A stretch of 64,000 nucleotides of DNA from positions 158,658,001-158,722,000 of the forward strand of contig JANJGN010000008.1 of assembly GCA_026770705.1 (NCBI GenBank). The letters run 5' to 3'. This DNA is from Isurus oxyrinchus. Its lineage: Eukaryota. The position numbers and the translations under genes were made by a program. Numbering within the stretch: the stretch's first letter is position 1; each line of letters starts with the position of its first letter. Shown here piece after piece: positions 11,331 through 23,400 of the stretch. Below the pieces are notes generated by a model. It did not search any database and had not been told where the DNA came from. It saw nothing but the letters and a program-made list of their open reading frames with translations.

Positions 11331-14300
11331 TGAGAAAAACAGAACTACAGCCGATTAATATTACAACAAAGTACGAATCAAATCAAATAGAATCATGAGT
11401 TAATATAAACGAGCAAAAAAACTTGACTCCAGGAGGCATCTAACTCAGATATTTTAAAATGGTCACATTTTCACACCTGCCCAAGGGATCAATTCGAAAA
11501 TCAATCCATATTAGTGGAAAGTGTTAATGTCTAAAGCAATATCTCTCTCGCCACCGTCCTCACAATCTGGGAGCAAATACACGGATCGCAGAATTAAATG
11601 ACCTTTAATGTGAGAGCTGCAACTTCACAAACTCATAACTGGGTTACAGAGACTCTAAGGACGAGTCGGGATCATTTGTCGGTCTCTTTTGCAAATTTGC
11701 CCAAGCGAATATGAATCATAGCGGCCGCTATCAATTCAAGTGGAGCCTCAGCAAATCGGTTTTAGTTTGTTTCCAAGTTGTTGCCGAAATAATAAACTGG
11801 CGGGTTTGGGGGACGGGGAGGGTGGGGGAAGGGTAGTCAGTGAGGTTTGAGGACTTTGCTGTATCACCAATGATATCAGATCATGCGCTTCTTCCTGCGA
11901 TCCCTGGCCGTGGATCGAAAGTTTGTTTATTTGGCAAGGGGAGTGAATCTTATAGAAACAAACAAGAGTCAAAAACAGGCGCCAAAAGCTAATGTAGCGC
12001 AGAGAAGGGAGTTGGACAATCCACTTTTTAAACGTTGGACACAGGGTTTTGGGAAATCAAATTGTATATATATATTTAAAAATCCCCAGTAACTGAACCC
12101 ATTTCAAAATCAAGTACTGGATGGGGCAGCATTCAGTAAATAGGTCACCAAACGGCAACAGATCTCAGACCAGGAACTGAGATTATCAAAGTATAAAAGC
12201 AAATCAATTCAAAGGAATTTGTGGACTCGGCAATATGAATTTTCTCTCTATGCATGACTAGGGAGCTTTTTAATATCAATATCAAACGAATGGTAAGGTC
12301 AACATTATTTAAAGTATCAAGGTAAAGCGAGATACCGAATATAATTGAAACAACGAGAAACTTGGCAGTCGCTCTCGAAATGTGAGCTATTCTGTAAACG
12401 CCCCAGGGGTAGAGATGCAATAAAACACACACTGGGGAGAAATATGCCAAATACATTTAAATAAGTAATCGGGATAAGAATGACTAGAGTGCACTGAAAC
12501 CCAAACAAGAAATATTCCCTACCCAAAGTATCCCTAAATCCGGTCCCGAAAGAGGCCAGAAAAGGTTAACAATACCAATCACCCAAAATGAGCCAATCCT
12601 ATTGAAACAGGAGAGACCAGGTGTGGCATCAACATCTCGTTGAATGGCCGTTGAATGGGCGAAATGGTCTCTCCAAAAAAATACTGTTTGTCCACAACTA
12701 GTCCAGATGTAGGCATCATTTCTTTAGATTTTATTTGAGGTCCAACATCTATCGCCTACATTTCTATCACATCCAGTCCGCCTCTGCCTCGGCTAATTCT
12801 ACTTGTTGCACCTGAATAACGCCTGGTTGTATTCGAGCCGAAAGTGAGAATGATTGTCCTTCCATGTGGACTAGGCTGAATGACCAGTGGGTGAGAAGTG
12901 AAAGCTTTATGTGGGTACATCACGTTGCAATATCCAATTTCTTGTTGGCTTGTTAACATGCACTCAGTTCAGAAAATAATTAGAACGAGTGGCTTTTTAA
13001 TCACACGAGTTTGCTTTTGGATTAGGCAGCCACCTGTCATGGCGACACCCCCCCCCCCACCCCCTCCCCCTCCCCATCCAGTATTTAATGTGAGTAACAC
13101 AAGGCGCGCACACCTAGGCTGTGAGCCTATATTTACGCATCAGTTATCAGATCGAATCTGTCGCTGAGCTTTGGTGTAAAGCATTTATTACCTGGATTCA
13201 CTAACCACCTCCTTTAAGAAATCAGTTTGGTTCAGTCCCAGAGGAGACGGTACAATGCAGACTCAGCCAGAGGAAGTGTACTCCACACCACGAGCTGCAA
13301 TTACCCTTAAATATCATTCAAACCACTCTCCAAACTGAGCCAAAAAGAGATGATGGAAATGGTCTGCACCTAAAGGTAGAGCAACAACACCACAAAGAGA
13401 AGCAATGATCTGCTGGCACCTTGGGGCGAACAGTTACATAAAGCTGTCAAATTAACTAGGATTGAAAAATCTGTTCGGGAAAGGGATAAGGGCTACATTT
13501 GAAACAGTCTATGTAGTTCCTGCGTTATTTATGATGGTACAGGACAGTCACACTATCTTGTGTTTATATATACTATATATACAAGGTATATTATACAAAC
13601 ACACACACAAATACCATAAGGCTTGTGTTTGTTATCCTAGTGGTAGGAACTTCAGAGTTTTATGAATCGCTTTGATGTTTTCACCATATTTAGATATTTT
13701 TCCAGCTCTCGATGGCCTGCATAAAATCGATCAGTTCTGGCGACCGGTTGTATTCATGTTAAAACTGTTATACAAAGGGGTAAATATAAAGGGGCAAATC
13801 CTGCCAAAATGCTTAATGTGATCATATGCCCTTCCCATCCCCCAGCAGAGGAGGACAGGTTCTGGGACTCAATGTCAATCTGAATATAGACTCGCCAACA
13901 CACAATTGCTGTTCGGGTGCCAGTCATCACTGTACAGACCCACATCTTACACGACTTGCTTTAAAGTTTCATTTATCTCCCTTTCGTGTCGATGTGCAGC
14001 TCTTTGTAGACTGACATCCGATTATGTGTAAGAAACTGCAGCAGTAATTCTAACCGAGAGTTCAGAATATTAAAGAGCAAAATCCGCAACTGAAAAAAAT
14101 GTGCTGATTTTTCCGGTTCTGCTTTTTTTTAAAAAAAAGAACCATTCTCGTGCCAAGAACCCCCCTCCCCTTCCCGGAAAGGTAAGTTAATGTGATACAG
14201 GTATTGATCGGTCACAGGTCTCAGGTGTCCCACAATTCTCAGGTCCGAGCGTGTTATTGATGGTAACTCTCGGCACTGACCCCTTGCCCCTCACTTTATC

Positions 14301-16172
14301 CGCCCCTGTTAGGATTCGCTCGCTGGTGGCATCTATTTAGACCCAGCTCCGTAGGACTCAAGGACTAGTTCCAAATCCCGGCCACCAGTAATAATCGATC
14401 ACAGGGCGACAGGGGAGAGGAGGTGAGAGGAAGGTTAGAACCCACACCCCCCCACCCCCCCAACCCTTCACCGTCAGGTGGAGCAGATAGAGACCGAGGA
14501 ACAGGCTGAGGTGTAACTCATGCCGTCACTTACCTCCCAGCGCTTCCCATTCAGTTCTAGAGAGCTGCCGGAGGCGAGTGTCTGGCTCCGAGATCTACGG
14601 CCTGACACGTTCAATCTCAGTCCATTAAGACATCTTTGAACTGTAGACGGCGAGGAGCGGAACATAATTAAAAGATAATCGATCGATTGATTGGTGACAG
14701 ATTTGGGATCCTTCGAGAGACAGGCCGCCTTTAAATATTAAGGTGATTGACAAATCCCCATTAGTGGGACACTGACAGCTCATAAATTCATTAATGGGAA
14801 CGGCAACCATTATTTTATCCACAAAACACATCCCCGCTCTCCTTAAAGCGGCTGTCAAAGAGGTTGAGAATTTGTGTTTGTTTTGAATGTGTGTTTTCCC
14901 TCTAAAGCAGAGCGTTTGTATTTTTTTTCAAACGCAATTTATCGACGAATAAATAACGTTGGGGTAGCTGCCCAGGCCCAGTTGTGAAGTGTTACAGGTG
15001 GAGAGGAGAAGTGACGGTGAGATTAGCTTCATGAGAGCGATGGCCAGGGGACAGCTGAATGCGGCAGATCTGTGGGTGCAGGGAGACTATTCAGCCCCGG
15101 ATTGGCAGATAGTTCGGGGTGGGAGGGGGGGGGGGGGGTAGAATATTGACCATCATTTGTTGAAAATACTCGGGGAATTGCAGCTGTGAATAGATCCCAA
15201 ATAAAAGTAACCAATTAAATAAGCATTTTGTATGCAGGTGATATAACCCGGGGTAAAACAGTCCAGGCTCCCGGGGCAATAGACCCTCCCTTTACAACCG
15301 ATTTTATTCCGCACCGCCCTTACCCCCACCCCCACCCCCTTAACATTATGGAGCTCGCAATAAATTAAACTTTAAAAATACCGACCCGAATATAAAGTGA
15401 CAGGGACGATGAAAGGAATTTAAGAACGGGTTTAAAATTGGAGGGAAGCTAGAAAGCCGTCTATCTCAGAGAAAGGGACCGAGGTCTTAAGCTCCATTCC
15501 TTGATTTATAAAAAAAAACCCTTTAACAACGACTCAAAGTGTTGTTTGGGAATGATGCCTCGGTGTTGGTTACCCCTCCCCCGTTTCTCAGTCAGGAGCT
15601 GGAAGTTTGTAGGAATGGGCTGAGATGTCATTGAATATTGTTACCGTTTGCGGTTAGGGTAACAAAACAATTTACTGCCCCTTCCAAAGGACACGGCTGA
15701 CGAAGCGGTGTGAATCCCTGGGCACCATATCCTGAAATGATTTAGTCCAGCGAAGTAGAGTCGCGTAGCTTTATATAACAAATGCAGGTGAATTTAGGAT
15801 AGACAGGAGACCAAAGACGGCAGTAAATACCCCAGTGATCCCATTGCGCTGGGCCGGGAGGCTGGCGAAGCAGTCGGCTCCCGAATCCCTTTCAACGAAA
15901 GGATGCGCCCTGCAAACCCAACCATTTTCTGGAAACAGGCTGGGGCCATCGTGCAGCCTGTTAGCCGAGTTGGGATCCAGCCTGGGGCTGCTCCAGTCTA
16001 ACTGGAGGCGATCAAAGTGCATAATTAACGTGAAAAAAAAACCCAGCCACAAATAAGAGAACGAGCTCGATTATGTTGGGTGCAATGGAATTTTGAATGT
16101 TGAGATCAGACAAACTTTAGTCCAGGTTTAACTATAGCTGAGGGATTCATTCTGTCCTCTTTCCCCCAACAG

Positions 16173-16464
16173 GACGAAGTGGAAAAGGCAGACGGCGGTG
16201 GGACTGGAACTACTGGCAGAAGCTGGTAACTACTCGGCCCTGCAGCGCATGTTCCCCTCGCCTTACTTCTATCACCCCAATGTCGTTTCCAACTTGGAAC
16301 CGGCCGCCATGTACATGTACCGGGGCCCGGCCGCTCCTCACCCCGTCATCCAGCGACCCATCGTCCCGCGGGTGCTCATCCACGGACTGGGGGCGGGGGG
16401 CGAGCAGCCGCCGCCTCTGCCCGGCCTGGCGGGGGTCCTTCCTCGGCCGCCGCAGCCACGGTGA
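16173..16464 (+). CDS. BARHL1: BarH-like homeobox 1, coding exon 3
   Basis: Acceptor ttcccccaacag|. Encodes (R)TKWKRQTAVGLELLAEAGNYSALQRMFPSPYFY...LAGVLPRPPQPR*. Spliced CDS is 460+223+292=975 nt, i.e. 324 aa plus stop. The C-terminus is BARHL1-like rather than BARHL2-like. Confidence 0.97.
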
Positions 16465-16608
16465 GCCCCTCCCTACAGCCCACTCTCTCCACCCCCCCCC
16501 CCCCCCCCCCCACTACCTCACCCACACCCCACCACCTCCCCCCACCCCAACCCTCCCGCCCCCACCCACTCACCCCTTTCATGGCTTGGACTTCAGTGGG
16601 AAATCCAC

Positions 16609-16614
16609 AATAAA
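16609..16614 (+). promoter_or_regulatory. Candidate proximal polyadenylation signal of BARHL1
   Basis: First AATAAA after the stop codon; whether it is used is unknown. Confidence 0.35.
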
Positions 16615-17374
16615 CAGCAAAATCGATACACACACACACGAAAAAAAATGTTACGGTATTTAAAAAAAAAACAAGTGAAACCATTTTTAAAGAAGATTGT
16701 ATTCTCTACGCTATTTATGCCTTTTATTTTCAAACTTTTTGTGTAAAAAGTGAGAGGTTTTTAACTGTGATACAAGCATAGTTTTAATTTAAAATCGTTT
16801 CAATCCACCCGTTGGCATCTATAGTTTATTATTTTTCATTTAAAAATATTTATAGTTTTTTACAAAAACGGAAATCAACTTCATTTATGGAATCAGCAAT
16901 TGGTCCACGGTAATGTTGCACTATTTAAAAAAAAGACTTTTTGTTGTTGCTGAACACTTAAATTGTACAATTTATTTATTTTAAAATAAGTTACAATGAT
17001 CGACGAGATTTCCTGTAATATATTGTAAATACCCTGTGGGCGTATCGAGCTTGGTTTTTTTTAAACCGTGCACATCTTTGGTACAGTTTCACGTTGTGTT
17101 TTGACTTTAGCTGGGTGTAGATTGAAGACGGGAGAGATCACTAGCACCCCCACCCCACCCCTGCCTCCCCCCCCCCCTCCCTCCCATCCTGTACCACAAA
17201 TATGATTATTTATTGAATACTGAAGCAGCAGTGGAGTTGGGACCGGCAGCTGTTAACGCGCCAGCCTGGAAGCAGCATCCCGGCTCCGGGAGTCTGACAG
17301 ATGGGGAGCGGGATCTTGGCATTCTCCCGCGCCCTCCTAACAGATATAAACAAAGCGTCAAAAAAAGAACGACA

Positions 17375-17375
17375 G

Positions 17376-17410
<35 letters not shown>
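17375..17410 (+). repeat. (TA)n(CA)n compound microsatellite
   Basis: Directly visible. Confidence 0.95.
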
Positions 17411-17411
<1 letters not shown>

Positions 17412-20400
17412 AACAAATCCAGGAAGCGTTTGGTTCCATTTATCAAAATTCAACAAGTCAGCCATTGCGGGTTAAAAACGGTTTGAAAAACATTCTGCAG
17501 CCATGTTCCATCCACAGCCGTTCTTTGGTAACATTGTCCTTTCTGCCTGAAATTGCTGTTAAGTGAATACGAACACCCCCCCCCACCCCCCACCACCCCA
17601 CCACCACCCTCCGCCCCTTTCGATTACAGATCTTTTAAGATATTCACAGCATTAATTACAGCGTCAGTTTCCACCCCACGCTTTGCAACCTGGCTATCCA
17701 GCAATAAGCGTTGCAAAGAAAAGTTTGATTGCTGTGTAAAGTGGAATGACTGTCCTTTCGAGCTGTACCTTTATGTGTGAATCCCTGTAGCTGTCAGCAA
17801 GGTGTCAGTCGCACATCAATATTCCACTCAATAACAACTGAATGCAGCAACAAGGAAAAGAACACGGGACCGAGCACAACGGTTAAAATTCAGCTCCAGG
17901 AGTTTCCAAACGTTGATTATTTTTATACCAATTGATTGTCAATGGAGAATTTCAACATGTCAATACGTTTCTTGCAGGCTTTCCCAGAAGGAGTGACTCT
18001 TTCCGCCTAGGTCTCTGTTTCTGTTTACACTGTCAGTTGTAAAATATTGAAATACAAATTATGGAAGAATGTCCAACACAGTTCATTTTTTTTAAATTAT
18101 ATATCGGTCAATAAAGGATTCGCTCTTATTTATTAAAAAAGTGTACTGGCAAAAACTCAGGTGTGTATGTTCAATTCTAGGAATCTTTAAGCTGCTGATG
18201 ATCAGGTTCTAAACATAACTTTTGCAGAATAAAAAGCATCCAAGACATAATATGATGCTCGTTTGGTTGGGGACAGAGCCCGAACACTTTTCAAGGGTCC
18301 TGACTTGCCCCCTTTACAGGTCAGCACCGTATTTGATGCCCTATTTGTTTTTCTTGTTACGTTGTGGCCAGCCTGTGCTGATAGGGCGACCTGATAGGCC
18401 AAGACTTCGAAGTCTCGGCCATGCTGCTCTGTAAATTCAGTCTTCCCATTTTCCTTTCCCTGTGCGGAGGGATATGTCCCACCCCCCAAGGGAACCGAGC
18501 TGACTGACACATTGCGGGGAAGCTGAGGCCCCTGTCTCAGGTGCTTTGGACATAGGTGTTGAGTGCAACCATCACAGTCGATGCCATCCTGGCACTCTTG
18601 GCCAATTTGCAGTTTTACTTTGTGTGGAGGCGCAAGGGAGCCCGCTGCCACCTTTAACAAAATTGAGCCAGTAAAGTGTCGAGTGTCAACAGTTAACCAG
18701 CCAACTTAGCTCTGGAGACCCGTATTAAATCAATAGAAATACTCTGATTTTTATTTTAATGTTAATGAGACTTCATAATTATCAGATGCTTATCAGTAAC
18801 TTGAAGGATTTGGAGAACATTTTCAATGTTATTAGGTTTGGGTAGTTAATGTCCTGATGCAGGTTACAGTGTTGCATTTTGGGAATTTTATGTAACACTA
18901 TAAAACTCATTTTAATTTGAGAGAGTCAGGAACGTTGTCCTTTCTACAGGGGTTATATTCTTAAAGTTTCTGTTGCTTTATGGGTCATACTGGGGCTTAT
19001 ATGGGGAACTATGGGAAATATTTGCTCTAAGATGGGTTTGTTTTGAAACTGGATGAGTATCTTCAGCGAAACCATATTAACTGCAACACCTCCCTGTGAT
19101 TAGATCACTAATATGTTACAGTGCCAAGACCAATAAAACAACACCAGAATATTTCTTGCAGTAGGCCAGAGTTACTGACTACGCCATACATGTGACTGAG
19201 TGATAATATTATCTTCTAATTATTTAATGTAAATGATTTCAATTGATATATGGTTATAAAGGGGTAAATGAGGCTTCTTGCAACCCAACGGGCGTGAATA
19301 TGAGTTTAGTTGTGTCAAAAAGCGTAGACAATGATTTCTCTGTTATCATCTAATGCCAATTTTATTTAATATGATAAATTTTGCACCACAAAAGTTGTTC
19401 TAAACTTGATGTTCAATGTTTCAAAATCATAATTTATTATATAACGAGGGTATTACTTTATGATCACTGTAGAAACTGATAATGTTTAAAAAGAAATTTA
19501 AACTTTCAGTCAATAGCTGAAGAGGATGATACATTTCACATTTTAGAACTTTTATTGTAACAAATTACTAAAACACTCTTGACTAAACAATATTTTCTTT
19601 TTGTAGGCAACTTATACTTTAAACTACAGTGAAGAATATTTCCCTTTGATGCTTATCACACATCACGCTCTCCACGGAATTAGAGTCCTTCTAGCAAACA
19701 GTCCATAGCTTCTACTGGGTTCTCATATTCCCATTTCGTAGCATTGTAACTTCAAGTGACCGGCTCCAGCTTTCCTTGGTTTTCAAGGAGTTCTCAAATC
19801 CACCACTAGCAGTAAAGTCTGATCCCATGATTCTTCTCTCCCCCCCCCCCCACCCCCACCCCAAGGCTGGGCCGAGATGAATCTCCCAAAATCTTTAGAT
19901 GGCTGCAGGATGTGTCTCCTGGATGGGGCTGTCTCCTTGTCACATCTCGCAAAGCCGAGCAGCCTCGTCTCTCTGCTATCTGCAATATTCATTGATGTGT
20001 AGGGAAGCCTGTAACCAAATCTCAAAAATAGCTTCCTCGTCCTCTTTCCTATGGCAATGTGAAACATATTAACCTAGCATCCGGATAGAAATGCTGATCA
20101 GCTATCCTCCGTCCCAAATCGCCTTCACCTTAAAAGTATATTGAGTTTACAGCACCGCCGTTTACAACCCAGTACATTCAACAACTTTCTGGGACTTTGG
20201 GAGACTTAGAATTTACTCGTTGTAAATTCAGAGGCTGCTGCCATTGTCTCCAAGCTAAATACCTTGCACCTTCTTCCCAGTAAAACAATGAGTCCCCTTT
20301 GATCTTTAGCAATGGAGCCACCCAGGCTCACTGTCAGGCAGACGGCCAACAGGTCACATGACCTCCATTTACCCAAAATAAAAGCAACTGTTCCAAACTA

Positions 20401-23400
20401 TAACAATCTTATAAACCTCATCATTGTAACATGTAAGCTATCACATTTAGGCACAAAATGATTTACAAAAATGAATGGAAATATAAAGGATTTATAAATA
20501 ATGAGAAATGCCAAAAATGAATTGATTGGAAAAACTTGAAACGAAATTCGATTTAATTTTTAAACAAGAATCCTGATCACTTGAACCTGTTTCTCCATAA
20601 ACGTGTGATATTAACACACCCCAAACAGCAACGCAATTTTTCTTTTATAATGATGCATTTCTTGGTGCGTTTGGAAATTCAGAGTTTTACCAAAGTTAAG
20701 TTTTCATCTCCCCCTACCCCCCAAACAGTTGCAATCGCGGTCAAAGCGCGTGGTTTGGTTGGTTATTTATATTAAAACTTGTACACTGTTGTCAGTCGGG
20801 AAACCAGAGACATCACGTTAAGGACAAGCTTGTTATTACACTGGATGTGCTGACTTGTCTATCGAACGTTTAATTACCATTCCATGGTCAAAGGACTTAT
20901 CGCTGTCAGGTTAAGAGGGTTCCGAAGACAAAACTCAGCGCACAAAGTGCTGTATTCCTGGAGAATTCCAAGGATGCAGTATACCTGATGAGAGTCATAA
21001 GTAAGCTTACAAAACAAATCCGGCAGTGTTGATCTCTGCAACCGAATGCTACATAGCTCTCATTGAACTGACGGAACATAGCACATAGTTTGTCAACGGT
21101 GTTGTATTTCATGGCATGTATATACACTATAAATATTCATTGGTGTCTTCTTACACTCCCGATTAGCTGGCGGCTGTACTAAGTTTATTAAAAGGGCGAT
21201 TCGTGTTGTATTTTCTGCATTTAGTTCTGATCGCAGTTGGTTGGGATATATTTATGTGACAGTACAACCTAATTATGTGAATATTATGAGGACATCATTC
21301 GATGCAAACACCATCGTTTTTCTTCCCAAATCTGTCAGCTGCCAATAATGCCACTGAGGTGTAGATTCGGAATCGTTAGATTGAGTGTTCTCCAGACTAT
21401 TGAGCATAGTTCACCTGGAAGTGTATCAGATTCAGATATCACTCTGAAGTTGGAAGTCCACATTCGTGATACCAAATTAATCTGGTCTGTTAAGTGTACC
21501 TCCAACATTCCCTATACCATTGTACAGAGCAGATGTATCTACTGTTACCTGATACTGTGCGGCCCAGCTGAGCCACAAAGTGAAGGCACTGGATGATATT
21601 CAGTTTGGATTCATGTGATTTGGATTACATCAGTGCCTTGAAATGATACCATTGGATACTATCTGGCTGGTCCGAAATCTCTTTCCCCGCCATCTTTGCT
21701 TGTTTATAATAAATGGTTCGGCCCTCCCACCCCGCTAAAACGAGAGAGAGAGAGAGAGAGGAATTTCAGACAAACACGGTTAATATTCGTCCACAAATAA
21801 CCCACTGCATGATTTCAGGCCCTAGATGCCTTCCTTAAAATGGGGGTTTTACAAAATGGGCAGAAAGTGGAAATTTCAAAATTGCCACTACTGTCAATTT
21901 GGAAACTGATTGAAAGAAATGACTCGCCTTATTTAGAATATGAAAAACAACCTCTCCCTTGCTATAGGTTCGAAACACTAGCATAAGGTGATGTGATCAG
22001 AATTACTGATTCATCTCTTTAACGGGCATTGAGAAAAAAAAATCACCAAACATTAAAATTGACCAGGGGTACTTTAAATGCACTTGTTTTTCCTTAAAAC
22101 AAATGGCATTGTGATGATTAGCTTTTCTAGTTCGGTGGTTTGATCACTTTATCATGAATAATGAAATTATATAAACATCATTAATAGGTAGAGCCACAAG
22201 TACAATAGACAGCCACTAATCCGAACGTGTCAGCATCGAATACAGCTCAGACTAGCAACGTGGGACTCAGAATCTGATCTACTGATAAAGGAAACGGAGG
22301 GGGTCGAAGTGAGGACAGAGAAATGTTATTTAAATATTGGAGTGCAACTTGAAAGAGCGACTTTTTCCCCAACTTCCAATGCTAGTTTTAAGTATGATTT
22401 TTTTTAAACAATGGAACGACATTTCGTTCCCATTAGTCATCGGACCAGTCACACTCCCAATGTCACTTGTCCTTGGCTGGAGGGCCTGAAGGCACAGGTC
22501 AACCCTCAAAGCTGATCTACGTTTTTACATAGTCTACAAAATAAGTTACTCAATCTGATAACAGGCTACACCAATAAGGATTCATCTTGCAATAGGAAAT
22601 GCCATCGCTCGCGGTGTTTGGATTAATGCTGTCCGACTGTGCGGTATTGAGCCCCGCAAAAGATCAATATTCTCCTAGCAAATATCCAATCACACATTTT
22701 TCCAATCACTAAATTGGAGCAATGTTGTAAACTACCACCCCCACTTTGAACCATACAATACAAAGTCACACCATATCTAGTCTGAGTGTCAGTAATTAAC
22801 AGAGAGGAGCTAATAGTGGGGGTAGCGGGGTACCTCAAATCGGAAAGTTCATTAATAGTAAACAAAACACAAACGTAGAAGGGTAAAGATAAATATCCGC
22901 CTGTGTTCTGGAAGATGGCAGTTATTCAGGCTCTGGTGCATGGTTAAGTTGTTCTGGTGGTTTGACTCCCTCCTGCCACAACCTGGCTCAGGTTCTTTTG
23001 TTGCCAGTGCTCTGTGCACAATGTGTAGCAGGCATGCTACTCCTCGGAAACAAGCAAATAAATATAAACTAGCATCATAGCAGTTCGCATCTAGTATGCT
23101 TGATTCAAGTCACGCAACTCGCAGCCAACCAATAATACTCACCATTAGTATCCAGAAAAATACAAGAGATGGGAATATCCCCCACCACCCATTAATTGGA
23201 AATAACACAGGCTACAATATGATTCAAGGACAAAACCTGCCTATGTATTAAGATGGCACTGAGAACATGATCCAGCTTTGGACAATATCTCAACTCCTTC
23301 AGTGCCTTGTAATGAATCCCAGTCCATTCTCAATGCTAGAGGCTTCACCATACACCACCTTTCATTGTGTAGGAGAGGGATCCAGTCATTTCAAACTTGT

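Noticed and set aside
18202-18670. 152-aa minus-strand ORF in a GC-richer patch
   Set aside because: No domain similarity or splice context. Possibly a degraded non-autonomous DNA transposon, but unsupported.
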